Origin: Patellaria atrata CBS 101060
Taxonomy: Eukaryota
Assembly (NCBI GenBank): GCA_010093705.1
Contig: MU006096.1
Location: 766,004-830,003 of the forward strand
Length of the DNA stretch: 64,000 bases
Reading direction: 5' to 3'
Shown here: in pieces, positions 1-11,796 of the stretch
Layout of the letters: each line of letters starts with the position of its first letter
Numbering within the stretch: the first letter of the stretch is position 1
Notes under the pieces: model-generated
Told to the model about the DNA's origin: nothing
The model's input: only the letters and a program-made list of their open reading frames with translations
Databases searched by the model: none
Position numbers and translations under genes: made by a program

Positions 1-488
1 AACGTACTCCGTGCAAGTGATGATTTAGGCATGGATTTCCGGTGAAGAGAACGCACGCTGGTAGGGTTTGCGGTTCGGGGATAGATTTTGGAGTAATGGG
101 CTTGATTTTGCTCAATGATTATCTTAAGGATATGAATCTCTGTTGGTGTATTGAGCGATTGACCAAATTGTTGGAGTGAGCACAAGTGGGGGTTGTAATT
201 TCGAACTTTGATAGATATCAATGACTCGAGTGCCAAGACACTAACTTCCAATCCCTCGCTCATAGCTAAAGGGGGTCGAGAAGGACTTTTTCTCCATCGC
301 CATCATTCACCTCTTCTCTTGTAGTTCATCTATAATATATTCCTTTCTCTCTCTCCTCATTTAGTCAACCTCTTTTTCTTCCCTCTTTGATCTCGTACCT
401 CGACTGCAACCCCCCGCAGAGTACTACGAATGACTAGCATTTGAAAAATATAGCTCGAATACATCCAGACGACTTCCAGTGGAAAGTC

Positions 489-3400
489 ATGCTCAGGCAT
501 GCTACTAAACGGAGGCTTAAACATTCTACACACGCACAGCTTGCACTTGCCTTCGAGCAGCTAAACCTTCCCTGGCTCTGCCCGGCCCAAATAAGATGGC
601 GGACACAAGCAACGGTGGCGACGACAGATGGGAAACGAAATGGAACCCTACGATATGTAGCCAATCGCTCAGATACGCGTTCAATTGCGACTCATTCGGG
701 CTTTTTCAATTCACAGGTCGATAATCCGCCGCCGTTAGATAGTTCTTTGTTACCTCAACCTTGGTTCTGGCAGCGCCCTCCACCCGACATCTCGAGTCTC
801 AAACCAATCAATCCATCTGAACCCCTGATTATACACGATTCGATAGTTGCGGGTTCTCCATCATTAAGACTCAAAAAATCTGTAGGCGGAGATTCGGTGG
901 AGTTACATCAAAATCTGTACGCGTGTTTGCGTGTCGGCCGTTGGGATAGAGCGACAATCATTCTTCGAAGAATTGGCGATCTGTACGCCCCGAATGCGCC
1001 AGAGTTGATTAGTGCTCACAATTCCCTCTTCTCGGCAATGGGTGATGCTCTTCGCTCCCAACGCTTCGGCACTACCTTTTCTAACATACAGGACCATTTC
1101 GATGAACTTCTCGCTTCGGCCATTCCGGCTGATATTACGACATACACTCATGTGCTTCGAGCTTGCCTCGCGGTGGATGAGCCCAAAAAAGAGCGACTTG
1201 TACGTCAGTACATGCATGCATTACAAATGGAAGGAAATGGCATGTACGAGGCCTTGATGACTGCTAATACATGGTCTCTGGCAGAATGGGAAAGCTTGGT
1301 TAAGTTTCAACCCCAGATCTTCGAGCCGCCTTCAGTGACTGGAGAAATTGAAGATAGAGTTTATGTCGAGGCATCGACACCGTCGGAAGCAGACACTACA
1401 GCTCCTACCGCACCAGATATTCGACCGGTTGAACAAAAAGGCTTAGGACTCAAGACATTGAAGAAGGCACTGTCCATTTTTAGCGATCCAAGGGAGATCC
1501 CATATCCAGTTAATCTAGAGGGGACAAAGGAGGAAAAAGATCGGGCATACGAGTACATGAGACAAGATCGGTTGGAGGAAGACGCCGTTGATGCCGCGAT
1601 CGAACGCTGGAAAGCAGACAATGAGAAACTTCAGCATATGGGAATCAACTCCGCACTTCAAACAAAATCTATGGAGAGCCTTTTGTGGTCATGGTATAGT
1701 TCCACTTTACCAGCCGTCAAGGACGAACTGAAACTTATTCGGCAAGCCCTTCGCAACCCGGGTAAAAAAGGGGAAGATCGTTTAGTCTATGGTCCCTACT
1801 TGGAACAGCTCAGTGCTGAAAAAATAACTGCAATTTCCTTGATGGCAACTGTAAGTTGTTTCATTATCGATCGCGAACACTCCTTTACACATGTTGTATC
1901 AACCACGCACAAAATCAGTAAATTTTTGGAAGAGGAAACAAATCTACAACGTCCCAATAAATCTGGAAAGCCATGGCACCGAAACGCGAGATCTTCATCA
2001 AAAGATCGGCTGCAGAGGCTGATGAGACTCTCTCGACAACCTCTCAACTTCGAACCTGCTCCTGAGACTACTGATGATAATGATGTCTCTCGTCGTAGTA
2101 AAGAGGAGCGACATGATGAGTGGCCGGCGGTTGTTAAACAGAAAGCCGGCGCTATCTTGATCTTGAAGTTACTGGAGAACTGCAAAATGCCTGTGATCAA
2201 GGTTGACCCTATCACGAAGGCGGCAACCACTATTCTGGAACCTGCGTTCGTCCATGAAGTCCCATTTAGAGCAGGAAGGAAAGTCGGTATTCTCACACCA
2301 CATCCTAAACTTGAAGAGAAGCTCGCCCAGGAACCAATGAGAGGCACGTTTGGTCTACGGCTTCCAATGGTGGTTGAACCAAAGCCTTGGAGGGGTTGGA
2401 AAGAAGGAGGCTATTTGAGGTATTCCAATGCTATTGTGCGTTCTAAAACCGTTGATGAGACGCAACAAATGTACGCCGTAGCTGCAATCGAGAAGGGGGA
2501 TATGGACCAGGTCTTCGCTGGCCTTGATGTTCTTGGTAGAACAGCTTGGAAAATCAATCGGCCCGTGTTCGAGGTGATGGCGGAAGCATGGAATAGTGGA
2601 GAAGCTCTGGCAAGCATTGCACCGTTACATTATGAGTATACCACACCCCCAGAACCAGATCGCGCCACGAACTTACGGGCTCATATCGAGTGGAAGAAAG
2701 AGGTCAAAAGACTACAAAACATCAAATCCGGGCACCATTCTCAACGTTGCTTTCAAAATCTTCAACTTGAAATTGCCCGGGCTTTCCTCAACGAGAAGTT
2801 CTATTTCCCCCACAACGTAGACTTTCGTGGAAGAGCATATCCTCTTCCTCCAATATTGAATCATATCGGAGCCGACTTTGCGCGTGGTCTGTTGATGTTT
2901 CATAAAGGCAAGGAACTTGGAGAGATTGGCCTGAAATGGCTGAAGATTCATCTCGCCAATCTTTACGGCTTCGACAAAGCAAGCTTCAAGGAACGCGAAG
3001 AATTTGCTATGAACAATATGGACATGATCAGGGACTCTGCGACAAACCCACTGACCGGAAAACGGTGGTGGCTCAAAGCGGAGGATCCTTGGCAGTGCCT
3101 CGCAACATGTTATGAATTAAAGAACGCTTACGACTGCATAGATCCAACAAAATATGTCAGTCACCTTCCAGTCCATCAAGACGGTACTTGCAACGGTCTT
3201 CAGCATTATGCAGCCCTTGGGGGTGACAGCTTTGGCGCTTCACAAGTCAATTTGGAGCCCAGCGATCGCCCACAGGATATCTATTCTGCTGTTGCCAATC
3301 TAGTGCGTGCCGATGTAGAGGAAGACGCTCGGAATGGTGACAAACTTGCTGAACAGTTGCTCGATAAGATCACCCGAAAGGTCGTAAAACGGACGGTCAT

Positions 3401-4796
3401 GACCAATGTCTACGGTGTAACGTTTATTGGTGCTAAATTACAAGTGCACGAGGAGCTTGTGAAGCTTTTTCCGGATTTTAAACCAACCTCGGGAATTCCA
3501 CGAACGGAGGTCTTTGCGATCTATGTCGCTCGTAAAATCTTCGAGGCTCTCGGCACCTTATTTACCGGCGCCCAGAAGATTCAAGACTGGTTGGGACAGT
3601 GTTCGAACCTGATTACGGCATCAGTCACTCCCGAACAGATCGAAAGAATCAAACATCAATTAGGAGGCCTGGACATGATCGATTCGAAGTACAAATCTGG
3701 CTCTGGCGTCAAATCCCAATTTGACCATTGTCGGTTCTTATCCAGTGTCGTATGGACAACTCCACTTCGGATGCCTGTGGTACAACCTTATCGAAGCAGC
3801 AAAAGTAAAGAGATCTTGACGGCGCTTCAGAGCATTAGTATACGGCAACCTCAATACGATGACCCTGTCTCCAGGATTAAGCAGAAGCAAGGGTTTCCGC
3901 CTAATTTCATTCATTCCCTCGATGCCACACACATGCTTCTCTCCGCCCTGGAATGTGACAGATTGGGACTAACCTTCGCCTCTGTCCACGATTCATTCTG
4001 GACACATGCAGGCGATATACCGGCCATGAGTAAAGCTCTGCGTGACGCTTTTGTACGGATGCATTCAGAAGACATTATTGGCCGTCTCAAAGCTGAGTTC
4101 GATGCTCGGTATAAGGGCTGCCTTGTCATTCGGAAGTACAATACGGAAAGCGAAATTGGCAAGAAAATAAAGGCACTGAGGTTACAGAAGGGGAGTGGGC
4201 AGCACAAGTCTAATAGCGCTAAGGTACGGGAAGCGGAAGAACTGTTGGAGGAATTTAATAGGCAGAAGTTATTGAGAAGTGAGGATCACGAGGAGAGAAA
4301 AAGAGGGGAGCAGATGGTCACGCCCGCGAGCATCTTCTTAGCCGAGACCGATCCTGCTGCTTTCATTGCACCTCCAAAAGGAGGCTCAGTTGCTCAAGAT
4401 GCTACGGATGAGAGTGTTAATCTTGAAGACAGATTGGAAGCCAGCGCCGAGGCCGAGCTTAGTGACGCTACGGAAGCAGATGCAAACGTTGAGTCCGTTG
4501 AAAGTGACGACGTTCTAACCGCAACCGATGTTGACGAGCTCGAGGCCACATCAAGCGATTACCAAGACATCGAAAAGTCTGCTGATGCTGCAGATATCAC
4601 TGAGACCCCGAACGAAGACCAAATTGAGAAGGAGCAGGAAGATGTGCGCGGGTGGATGGTCAGGAAGAAAGCAAAGAAGCAAACCAGCAAACCGGCGGTG
4701 TCACATTTGTGGCTCCCGCTAGAGTTTCCACCCATTCCGGACAAGGGTGATTTTGATGTTACCAGATTGAAGCAGAGTCAGTACTTCTTCTCATAG
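489..4796 (+). CDS. RPO41: Mitochondrial (T7-like) DNA-directed RNA polymerase
   Basis: Long intronless ORF with T7-type motifs DFRGRAY, HQDGTCNGLQHY, RKVVKRTVMTNVYG, FPPNFIHSLDATHM and VHDSFWTH. First ATG at 489 gives an Arg/Lys-rich presequence-like N-terminus. Confidence 0.97.
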   Translation: MLRHATKRRLKHSTHAQLALAFEQLNLPWLCPAQIRWRTQATVATTDGKRNGTLRYVANRSDTRSIATHSGFFNSQVDNPPPLDSSLLPQPWFWQRPPPDISSLKPINPSEPLIIHDSIVAGSPSLRLKKSVGGDSVELHQNLYACLRVGRWDRATIILRRIGDLYAPNAPELISAHNSLFSAMGDALRSQRFGTTFSNIQDHFDELLASAIPADITTYTHVLRACLAVDEPKKERLVRQYMHALQMEGNGMYEALMTANTWSLAEWESLVKFQPQIFEPPSVTGEIEDRVYVEASTPSEADTTAPTAPDIRPVEQKGLGLKTLKKALSIFSDPREIPYPVNLEGTKEEKDRAYEYMRQDRLEEDAVDAAIERWKADNEKLQHMGINSALQTKSMESLLWSWYSSTLPAVKDELKLIRQALRNPGKKGEDRLVYGPYLEQLSAEKITAISLMATVSCFIIDREHSFTHVVSTTHKISKFLEEETNLQRPNKSGKPWHRNARSSSKDRLQRLMRLSRQPLNFEPAPETTDDNDVSRRSKEERHDEWPAVVKQKAGAILILKLLENCKMPVIKVDPITKAATTILEPAFVHEVPFRAGRKVGILTPHPKLEEKLAQEPMRGTFGLRLPMVVEPKPWRGWKEGGYLRYSNAIVRSKTVDETQQMYAVAAIEKGDMDQVFAGLDVLGRTAWKINRPVFEVMAEAWNSGEALASIAPLHYEYTTPPEPDRATNLRAHIEWKKEVKRLQNIKSGHHSQRCFQNLQLEIARAFLNEKFYFPHNVDFRGRAYPLPPILNHIGADFARGLLMFHKGKELGEIGLKWLKIHLANLYGFDKASFKEREEFAMNNMDMIRDSATNPLTGKRWWLKAEDPWQCLATCYELKNAYDCIDPTKYVSHLPVHQDGTCNGLQHYAALGGDSFGASQVNLEPSDRPQDIYSAVANLVRADVEEDARNGDKLAEQLLDKITRKVVKRTVMTNVYGVTFIGAKLQVHEELVKLFPDFKPTSGIPRTEVFAIYVARKIFEALGTLFTGAQKIQDWLGQCSNLITASVTPEQIERIKHQLGGLDMIDSKYKSGSGVKSQFDHCRFLSSVVWTTPLRMPVVQPYRSSKSKEILTALQSISIRQPQYDDPVSRIKQKQGFPPNFIHSLDATHMLLSALECDRLGLTFASVHDSFWTHAGDIPAMSKALRDAFVRMHSEDIIGRLKAEFDARYKGCLVIRKYNTESEIGKKIKALRLQKGSGQHKSNSAKVREAEELLEEFNRQKLLRSEDHEERKRGEQMVTPASIFLAETDPAAFIAPPKGGSVAQDATDESVNLEDRLEASAEAELSDATEADANVESVESDDVLTATDVDELEATSSDYQDIEKSADAADITETPNEDQIEKEQEDVRGWMVRKKAKKQTSKPAVSHLWLPLEFPPIPDKGDFDVTRLKQSQYFFS

Positions 4797-5161
4797 ATGA
4801 GATACGTAAGGGGTTTTGTTTTGGGAAGATGCGTTCGCTATTTATATTCTATCAAGAACAGGGGAAAGGTTAGGTTGATTTGGCGCTCTGTAAATTACCG
4901 CGTCGTCAGGTAGGGTGTTATTGGCGCACAGAAGGACAGGAGATATCCTTCACATAAAGAAAAGTCATGCATTGCAGGGCGAATTGGCTGCCTATAGAGG
5001 ATATTGTATCATACCGTGTACCAAAGCTTCTTTTCTCTCTACATTTAAGATTAGAAGGAGAGGCTTCTCGACTACTCATCTAGATAAGGGATATAATTTA
5101 TTGATGTGTTTACTTCAGCCCCGGGTATCCGAGGTTTATTGCTTGTATGAAATATGGAGTT

Positions 5162-6459
5162 TTTTTTTTATTTTTAAATTCCATTGTATTTTTATTATCT
5201 ACATTACTGCGCATGCGGCCTTCAAGCTATGGCGCAACTCCCTTTATATAAATCCCTTTTCAGGGCCCTTGTATGCTTAGTGAAGTCTTCAGTAGTTTAC
5301 CCAATGATATTTTATATGTAAAGGAAAGTCATTACGTTCGAACTCCATACAAAGGAAATTGTTGGAAAACTGCAACAGGCTAGAGCCTAGTGGTATGGGA
5401 TGCCCTACATCCGAAGATCAGCCAGTAATATTTCTCTCAAACCTACCCTCAGACTTTTCTCTTCTTCTTCATCTTGATTGTAGATAGCATCTGGACTAGA
5501 TAGTTGGAACACAATTACTAGAGGCCGCTCACAAAAACCGTCTTTCTTCCTCTTTACTATCTCTTTTCTATTTCCAGTCCTATGCCATACATCTTGTTAT
5601 CTTCTGTAGACTCTACGCTTCTACTCTATCTATATCTCCTGCGTGTATCAGCCATCTGGCAGTAGAGATTTGAGTACATGCTATATACTTGAATAACACC
5701 TGTTTGCCTATCTTTGTGCAAAAAGGCTTTGCCATTGTTAGCTTTGATCTTAGTTGTCTCCTCATTTCCTTGCGCTCTTTAGAGTAGTGTGCACAATGTA
5801 AAATAAGGTGTGTTGGTGTTTGAAGTGATTGACAGTCTCTGAAGCACTTCCCTTCTTCATCTTTCCCAATCACCTTAAAGTAAGGCTTGAAGAATCCAAT
5901 ACCAGTCTTAAGTTGAAAGTTTGCTGCTTGGATCTTTTCCTGGACATTAGATTTCAGTATACCGAGTGAGAAACGCACAAGATCTCTGCAAATGTGTTTG
6001 TAATGTTTGCTTTGTCTCTTACTATTGGCTTCCCAGCTTTGTTTCCAATTAGATAAGAGCTTTTCCTTGCAATTTCGTTTGATATAACTGAGTGATGTGA
6101 ATGAAGTGCCTATAGGCTTGCGGCACAGTCCCTTTTTAGCCAGTTTGTCTGCTATGTCATTCCCAAGGATTTTCTTATGGCCAGGAACCCAGCTGAAGGT
6201 AATTTTCATTTCCCATTCATTGGTATTGCATAGGTCATTTATCATCACACTTAATTTTTGTCCTCCATGAAGGCTGTTCTTTTGTAGCCTCTTAAGTGTT
6301 GCCTGGCTGTCCACAAAAACCCATATGTTTTTGGCAATGGATTGTCCCTTCTCACGTTGGGTCTTTTCTCTTTCAAGTGCTTTAAGGATGGTAAATAGCT
6401 CTGCATCCATAATCTCAACGCCATCCCCTAAGTTCCAGTCGCTGGCAAACAAAATGCGC
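5162..6459 (-). mobile_element. 5'-truncated non-LTR retrotransposon (Tad1-like LINE) carrying RNase H and a C-terminal Cys/His motif
   Basis: ORF 5613-6461 has RNase H motifs (DAELFTI, VFVDSQA, WVPGHKKILGNDIADKLAK) and C-x3-C...HLILHC. A-rich tail at 5162-5175 on the minus strand. Flanking direct repeat AAATATGGAGTT at 5150-5161 and 6460-6471. Confidence 0.9.
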
Positions 6460-6643
6460 AAATATGGAGTTATCCTAACGTCTTCTTCAACATCCAGGCT
6501 GGCTCATGGCACCCTTTGGTTACCGTACTATTGTGAGCGTTTGCTATCCCATCCCTCTGTTCAGGGAACGCAAGTATCCAGCAGAAGCTGACCTGTACAG
6601 CAAACCAACAAATGGTGAAATCTGGAAGAAACAGCCTAGCCTA

Positions 6644-8561
6644 CTACGTTCTGCAACTTCGCAAGAGGTCTACGACAGCTTTCTGCATTTCTAATGACGC
6701 TTCTAGAACATCCAAAGCTGCTGGTTGCATAGAGAAACACATCTTGGTTGCATTGGTGAATTGTTCACCTACATGATGGACCAATTCATCAACCCGAATT
6801 AGAGATGACTCCAAATCGACAAGTGAGGGTGGGTATAAGCATATTTTCTTTCCCTCTTTCTGCTTCTCGGATCTCTTCCCAGACGTCTCTTCCTTCATAC
6901 GTGCCATGAATATCAATCAGGTCTTTCCATAGAGGTATCTCTAGCAGGACGCAACCAAGGGCATACATATCGAAGCGCTTCTGGAACGATTGACGGTGAG
7001 TTCCTCTTGCTTGGGGGTGCCGATAGAAATCCGTATATGTGGGGGTGTCCAGGAGCTCTGTCATCGCAGCCCCAGCTCCGCTGTCCGGCCTTGCATATTC
7101 GTATCCTAAGACACCGAAATTTCGGTTCAGGAAAGAGTCTGGTCCATCGCCTCCTTCCCCTAGGAAGATAACGTTCTCCGAGCGGATACCTTTGTGGAGC
7201 TACCTGTTATGGCTCAACCTCAGATGGAAGCTGAAAGGTATATTGCTATATGTACATGAAGCCTAGACTTAAGGAAAGAAAGTGTTAAGACAGCATATGC
7301 TGTTCTGCTAAAGTACAATATGACTAAGCCGCTGGATCATCCAAGGCACTTATACCTATCGGGTCTAACCCGTGATACCACCCTGTAGTATGCAGTTGAA
7401 GGACAGTTTCAACCAAGCCAAATGCAATCTTCATCCGAATGCTCAATGAAGCAGTTTTTGTCCCCTCGAGCAATTGTTTCAGAGTTTTTCATCTGCGGTC
7501 TGTGGAAGAACGCGCCTCTCATTTCGTCGGGAGGGACTTCAAAATCATAAGCAATACGTGTCTCCTCGCCATGATCGTACCCCTGATACCCTAGACAGAA
7601 AACATTGAAACGGTTCGTCTTTAATGCTTTGGAGCAAAACGAAAAGATTTTGTACTTGGCTTTCCATCATCTCTCTCCTGGCTTGATCCGCCTTCTTCCA
7701 TTCAATCAACACGACGCGCTTATTGTATTGAGCTATTTCAATTCACTGTCGTCGCAGCACTTGTTGGTTCATTTGCTCGAAGTCTCTTCTTAAGTCGATG
7801 GACTGATGGAATTGACGTATCAAGTTCGAGTACAAGTGCTGATTGTATCTCGTCCTCTCTTTTGTCCACACCGATAATCTGTCGTATTCTCTTTAGACTC
7901 GCGGCAGCAGCAATAGAGCCGTAGCTCCCGGAAATCTCATGCGAGAGAATCTGAGAAATCAGGTTCGCCTCATCTGGCTCATTCGAACGAGAGACGACAT
8001 CTCTAAGTAGAGCTGATAGCTGCCTTTGCATCAATTTTTTGTCCGCTGAATCTCACAGATGCTCCAAGTTATCGTTTACTTTAGTCACTTCTATCAAAGA
8101 GATACTGAGCTCGAGGCTTGCCCGCAGCGGCCCAATATATCTTTTTAACGTTGTCCTTCAGTAAGCCAAAACTTCCGGGCTTGACATGGGTGATCACTTT
8201 TCCAATCCTCAGCAGTAGTTCGCTAGGTTCCAGTGGTCCCTCTTCGCTATAAGATAGGATATCAAATTTCTGTTTGACATCCTCTACAGATGCTAGAAGC
8301 GTCTCGGGCTACTTGAGGTGGTCCGAGATCAAATGCCAATTCAGTCTCTCGTCGGTAGTAGATTTATGAATTCCAGTTCGTCTACCCCGCTCAATCAGCC
8401 GGTAATTCTCCCACTGCAACTTCGATATGAATAACTTGGATTCTTGATCCTTGTGCCGTGCTGTCGACAACAACTCATACGCGCCGGCACAATTTTTTAA
8501 ACGCTCCGTACGCAATACCGATCAGTCTAATAGACGCGACCGCTAGCTCAAATCCAGACAT
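6644..8561 (-). pseudogene. HeLo (prion-inhibition)-domain plus protein kinase-like gene, disrupted
   Basis: N-terminus MSGFELAVAS...CAGAYELLSTARH...KLQWENYRL...DERLNWHLISD resembles a HeLo domain. C-terminus LHKGIRSEN...GYEYARP...FYRHPQ...DMYALGCVLLEI is kinase-like. Frameshifts, stops and a solo-LTR insertion are present. Confidence 0.8.
7205..7377. mobile_element. Solo LTR (~173 bp), RIP-like mutated
   Basis: Ends TGTTATGG...CCGTGATA, which reads TGTCACGG...CCGTGACA after reversing C->T. 5-bp TSD CTACC (7200-7204) / CCACC (7378-7382). Second copy at 29292-29450. Confidence 0.85.
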
Positions 8562-9701
8562 GGTAAACTTAGGCAATATTCGAATGCTGTATCAGCGGCT
8601 GGAAAGACACTTAGCTGCTACACTGGAGGACGGGGAACATCTGTTCCAAAACAGATCCTATGTCGTTAATCTAGCAAACTGTTGAGTGAAAAGTCGATAA
8701 CCCACACGGAAAGGACAAGTAAAGGCAACAAGGCAACGATATCGTGGGGCCGTCTTTCTGATGGTCGAGGCTATGAAACTTATCCCACTCTATTGATTGC
8801 TCTACCTGTAGTGCAACGCCGCCAAACACCTACAGTATGTGGCGTAAGCTCCAGGATTGATATTACCTTAGCTATCCCATTAAGTAAATAACGCTCCTTC
8901 ACTCTTTGCCACGATATTTCTTACCTTCATTCGAAAAGCCACAATGCAGTCTCCAATCTCAAATGCGTTTTTGAGAAGAACCCTCCACTACTTGAGCAAT
9001 GATGCTTTTGGATCCAGATTCAAGGACTCGCATATACCGCTCTCAGATGAGGGTGTCATTGGATAAGGCTTGGAAAAGCTATATAAACATGCTAAGCCCG
9101 GGAGCAGATATGGATCGGAAGTTATCTCGAAATTCCAAGGGCTGCTTCGGAATTCAGACAAACTCCCAACGCGTCGAGCTCGAGTTGAGTTTTCTTCTCG
9201 TCCCAGGACATACGATCCTTCGAAATGTTGTATGCTACAGATACTTTTCAAGAGCACGCCGTCTATAAAGTCCTCTTTATACGCAGAGTTCAGTTTCTCT
9301 GCGCTTCTGGGGTATGATTCCCGTTGAAATCTACGGTAACTTCTTGCGTACAGTTGATTTCCCCCTGCGAAACATCTACCCCCTCTTCGCTCTTCTCAGC
9401 CCTCACCCAAGCTGACGATTCCACTTCCGCATCTAGCGACGTGTTAGCCGTCATAGCAGACACCATCGATGCCCTGACCTTCCCACCACTACCACCAGCA
9501 AAGGAATGCGACTGCCGGATGGGGTGAGAAGAAGAAGCATAGGAGTACCAGGACCGCGGAGCCGAGGTCGAGCGAATATACTGGGGATCAACTTTGCAAG
9601 AAGAGGGCGCGTTGAGGGCAAGTTCGCGCAGATGATACCTGTTATAACTTCGGTGACGGTGATGGGCCAGAGTATGGCGGATTCATCTGTCATAGTTAGG
9701 A

Positions 9702-9767
9702 GTGATTGGGTAGAGATGAAGAAGTGATTGGGTAGAGATGAAGAAGTGATTGGGTAGAGATGAAGAA
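9702..9767. repeat. Tandem repeat, 3 x 22 bp (GTGATTGGGTAGAGATGAAGAA)
   Basis: Three perfect copies read directly; lies in an intron of the PTH11-like gene. Confidence 0.95.
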
Positions 9768-10744
9768 GTGGTCGGGAAGGGAAAGAAGGAAACGTACAGT
9801 ATGGATCCGGTGATTCGAGGTAGACTTCAAAATACCACATCCGCATAATGCCGGCGACGTAGATACTGGATTAGGGGTTAGTTGAACGTCTATGAACATA
9901 TTGGTTTTGGCTCACATCGACCCGCAAGCGAAGGTGAGGACGAGGCCGATGCGTTGCTTGGGGGATAATTGCACCTTCCACAGTGTGCGGCAAGGCCACA
10001 AGAAGATCAAAAAATCCGTCAATTTGTTCAGCGCTGCAGTGGTGATGAGCATCACGCGAAGGTTGATGCAGCACTTATTCGTGATTGTACTGTCTCAAAG
10101 GGATTGCACTGGCCTGCAATATGAAAATTAGCGCACTCCAGTGGAAATGGATAAGGATAACTCCACCTACACGCAAGAGAAAACGGTTGTAAACAAGGTC
10201 GATATCCCCCAACCGGACAGATAGATGATGGCAACGTAGTTGAAGATCTTGTTCGCGCGTGAGGGGAAGAGACGTAGATAGCCGATGCAGAGGGATATCT
10301 TGGTGAGACTCATTGCGAGTGGAAAGAATACATCCTCTGCTATTGCAGTCTTGCAATCATTGGATTAACGAAATCATAGGGTATCTGTTTAATCGAAATC
10401 TACATTTGCGTATGGGACTGCCCATTGAAGCTTGACGTCAAAGATGGTACCCGAGTCCATACGTTGTTGCAACGCACCTTAAGACTGCCGACGGAATAGC
10501 GCAGATCTATTCATGAGGCACAGTTAGTATTCTCACAACATCGTAACTTCATGTATGCGTCTAAAAGGGGCAGACTGCACAGTGTAAAACAAGAGCACCC
10601 CAACTGTTGCCAGGATGAATAAATCGTCCCAACCCAATGCTCCTTTAATCACTGCACGGGAGTAAAACCGAACAGCCGAAAAGAGACACATAACAACCGT
10701 GGTCGAGATTATCCACGCATTGTTTACATCGACACGAGTCTCAG

Positions 10745-11796
10745 CAGTGATGGCCGTGGATTGGATCTGGACTGGATCGACCCCTGATCCAGATCCAGTC
10801 CAGGTCTTGGCCTCTAATCCAATCCAAATCCAGTCCAAATCCAACAAATCCATGATTTTTTGTATGAGGAATCCGTTCCTCTATTCGATAGGCCCGTTCG
10901 AAGTGTTTGAGTATAGGTGTTCGTCCGTTTTGAGTACCTACTAACACTCAGCTATCCTGGGGCGATCGGGATGATTTTAGAGATTTTATAGATCTAGATT
11001 GGCTCGTACGTAAAGTCCTTCTTGATATCAAGACACAACGTACAGTAGAAATACGAATTCTTATTGACCTCGCTAATAATCTCGTAGCCTTTTGACCATA
11101 TATGCGACGTCCTCTTCTTCTTCCGATCTACCATTGTAGCCCCCGAGCCCTTTAAATACCACTTGCTGCGGATCCGTATTCGTTCTGGGGGGAGGTGGGG
11201 TGAGGGATCTCGTCGGAGGACTCTGAGGATTCGATATATTCAGGAAATTGATGGGAAGATTCGCCACCGCTCTCAGCATCACCAGCCGGACCTTCCTCCG
11301 GCTCTCTAGTCGAAGATTCGGCTGTAGCCTGAGTATGCTGAATCTTCGACCCCTTCTGACGACGAGGTCTTTTGGTAGGCCGAAGAGCTTCTGTATCATC
11401 CTCTTGAGTCTCTCTAAGCTTCTTCGATGGCACGGCAGCCCGGGCAGACGAACGAGTAGTAACAAAGCGGTTCATATCAATTAGAGATGAGATAGTTGGT
11501 ATACAATAGATTTAGGAATTTTGAAGATTTGGTTTGGGAGATTTACAGTCAAAACTCAAGCAGAGAGCACCATATGGCTGATGCTCTGGCCTACTTCCCC
11601 CATTACATTACCCAAAACAACACCTACAACACCATTTTTTTAAAGATATCTACAACTATAATATGGATCTGGATTTCCTGGATTTTTTGAGCATCGAATC
11701 CAAATCCAATCCACGACTAGTCGAATCCAAATCCACGTCAAATCGCGTTGAAAATCCAGTCCAGATCCACCTGAATCCAATCCACGGCCATCACTG
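10745..11796. mobile_element. Non-autonomous hAT-type DNA transposon (1052 bp)
   Basis: Perfect 22-bp TIR CAGTGATGGCCGTGGATTGGAT. Perfect 8-bp TSD AGTCTCAG (10737-10744 and 11797-11804). Many subterminal ATCCA/TGGAT repeats. Internal short ORF 11152-11475 is possibly a transposase remnant. Confidence 0.93.

Noticed and set aside
489..4796. T7-like RNA polymerase as a phage or linear-plasmid insertion
   Set aside because: Length, N-terminal extension and presequence match the normal nuclear-encoded mitochondrial Rpo41.
9702..9767. Repeats here and at 62298-62368 as a CRISPR-like array
   Set aside because: Head-to-tail copies with no spacers in a fungal genome; these are simple minisatellites.
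10533..10947. ORFs rich in WIW/DLD/PDPDP (also 11496-11855)
   Set aside because: Translations of the hAT element's TGGAT/ATCCA subterminal repeats, not proteins.
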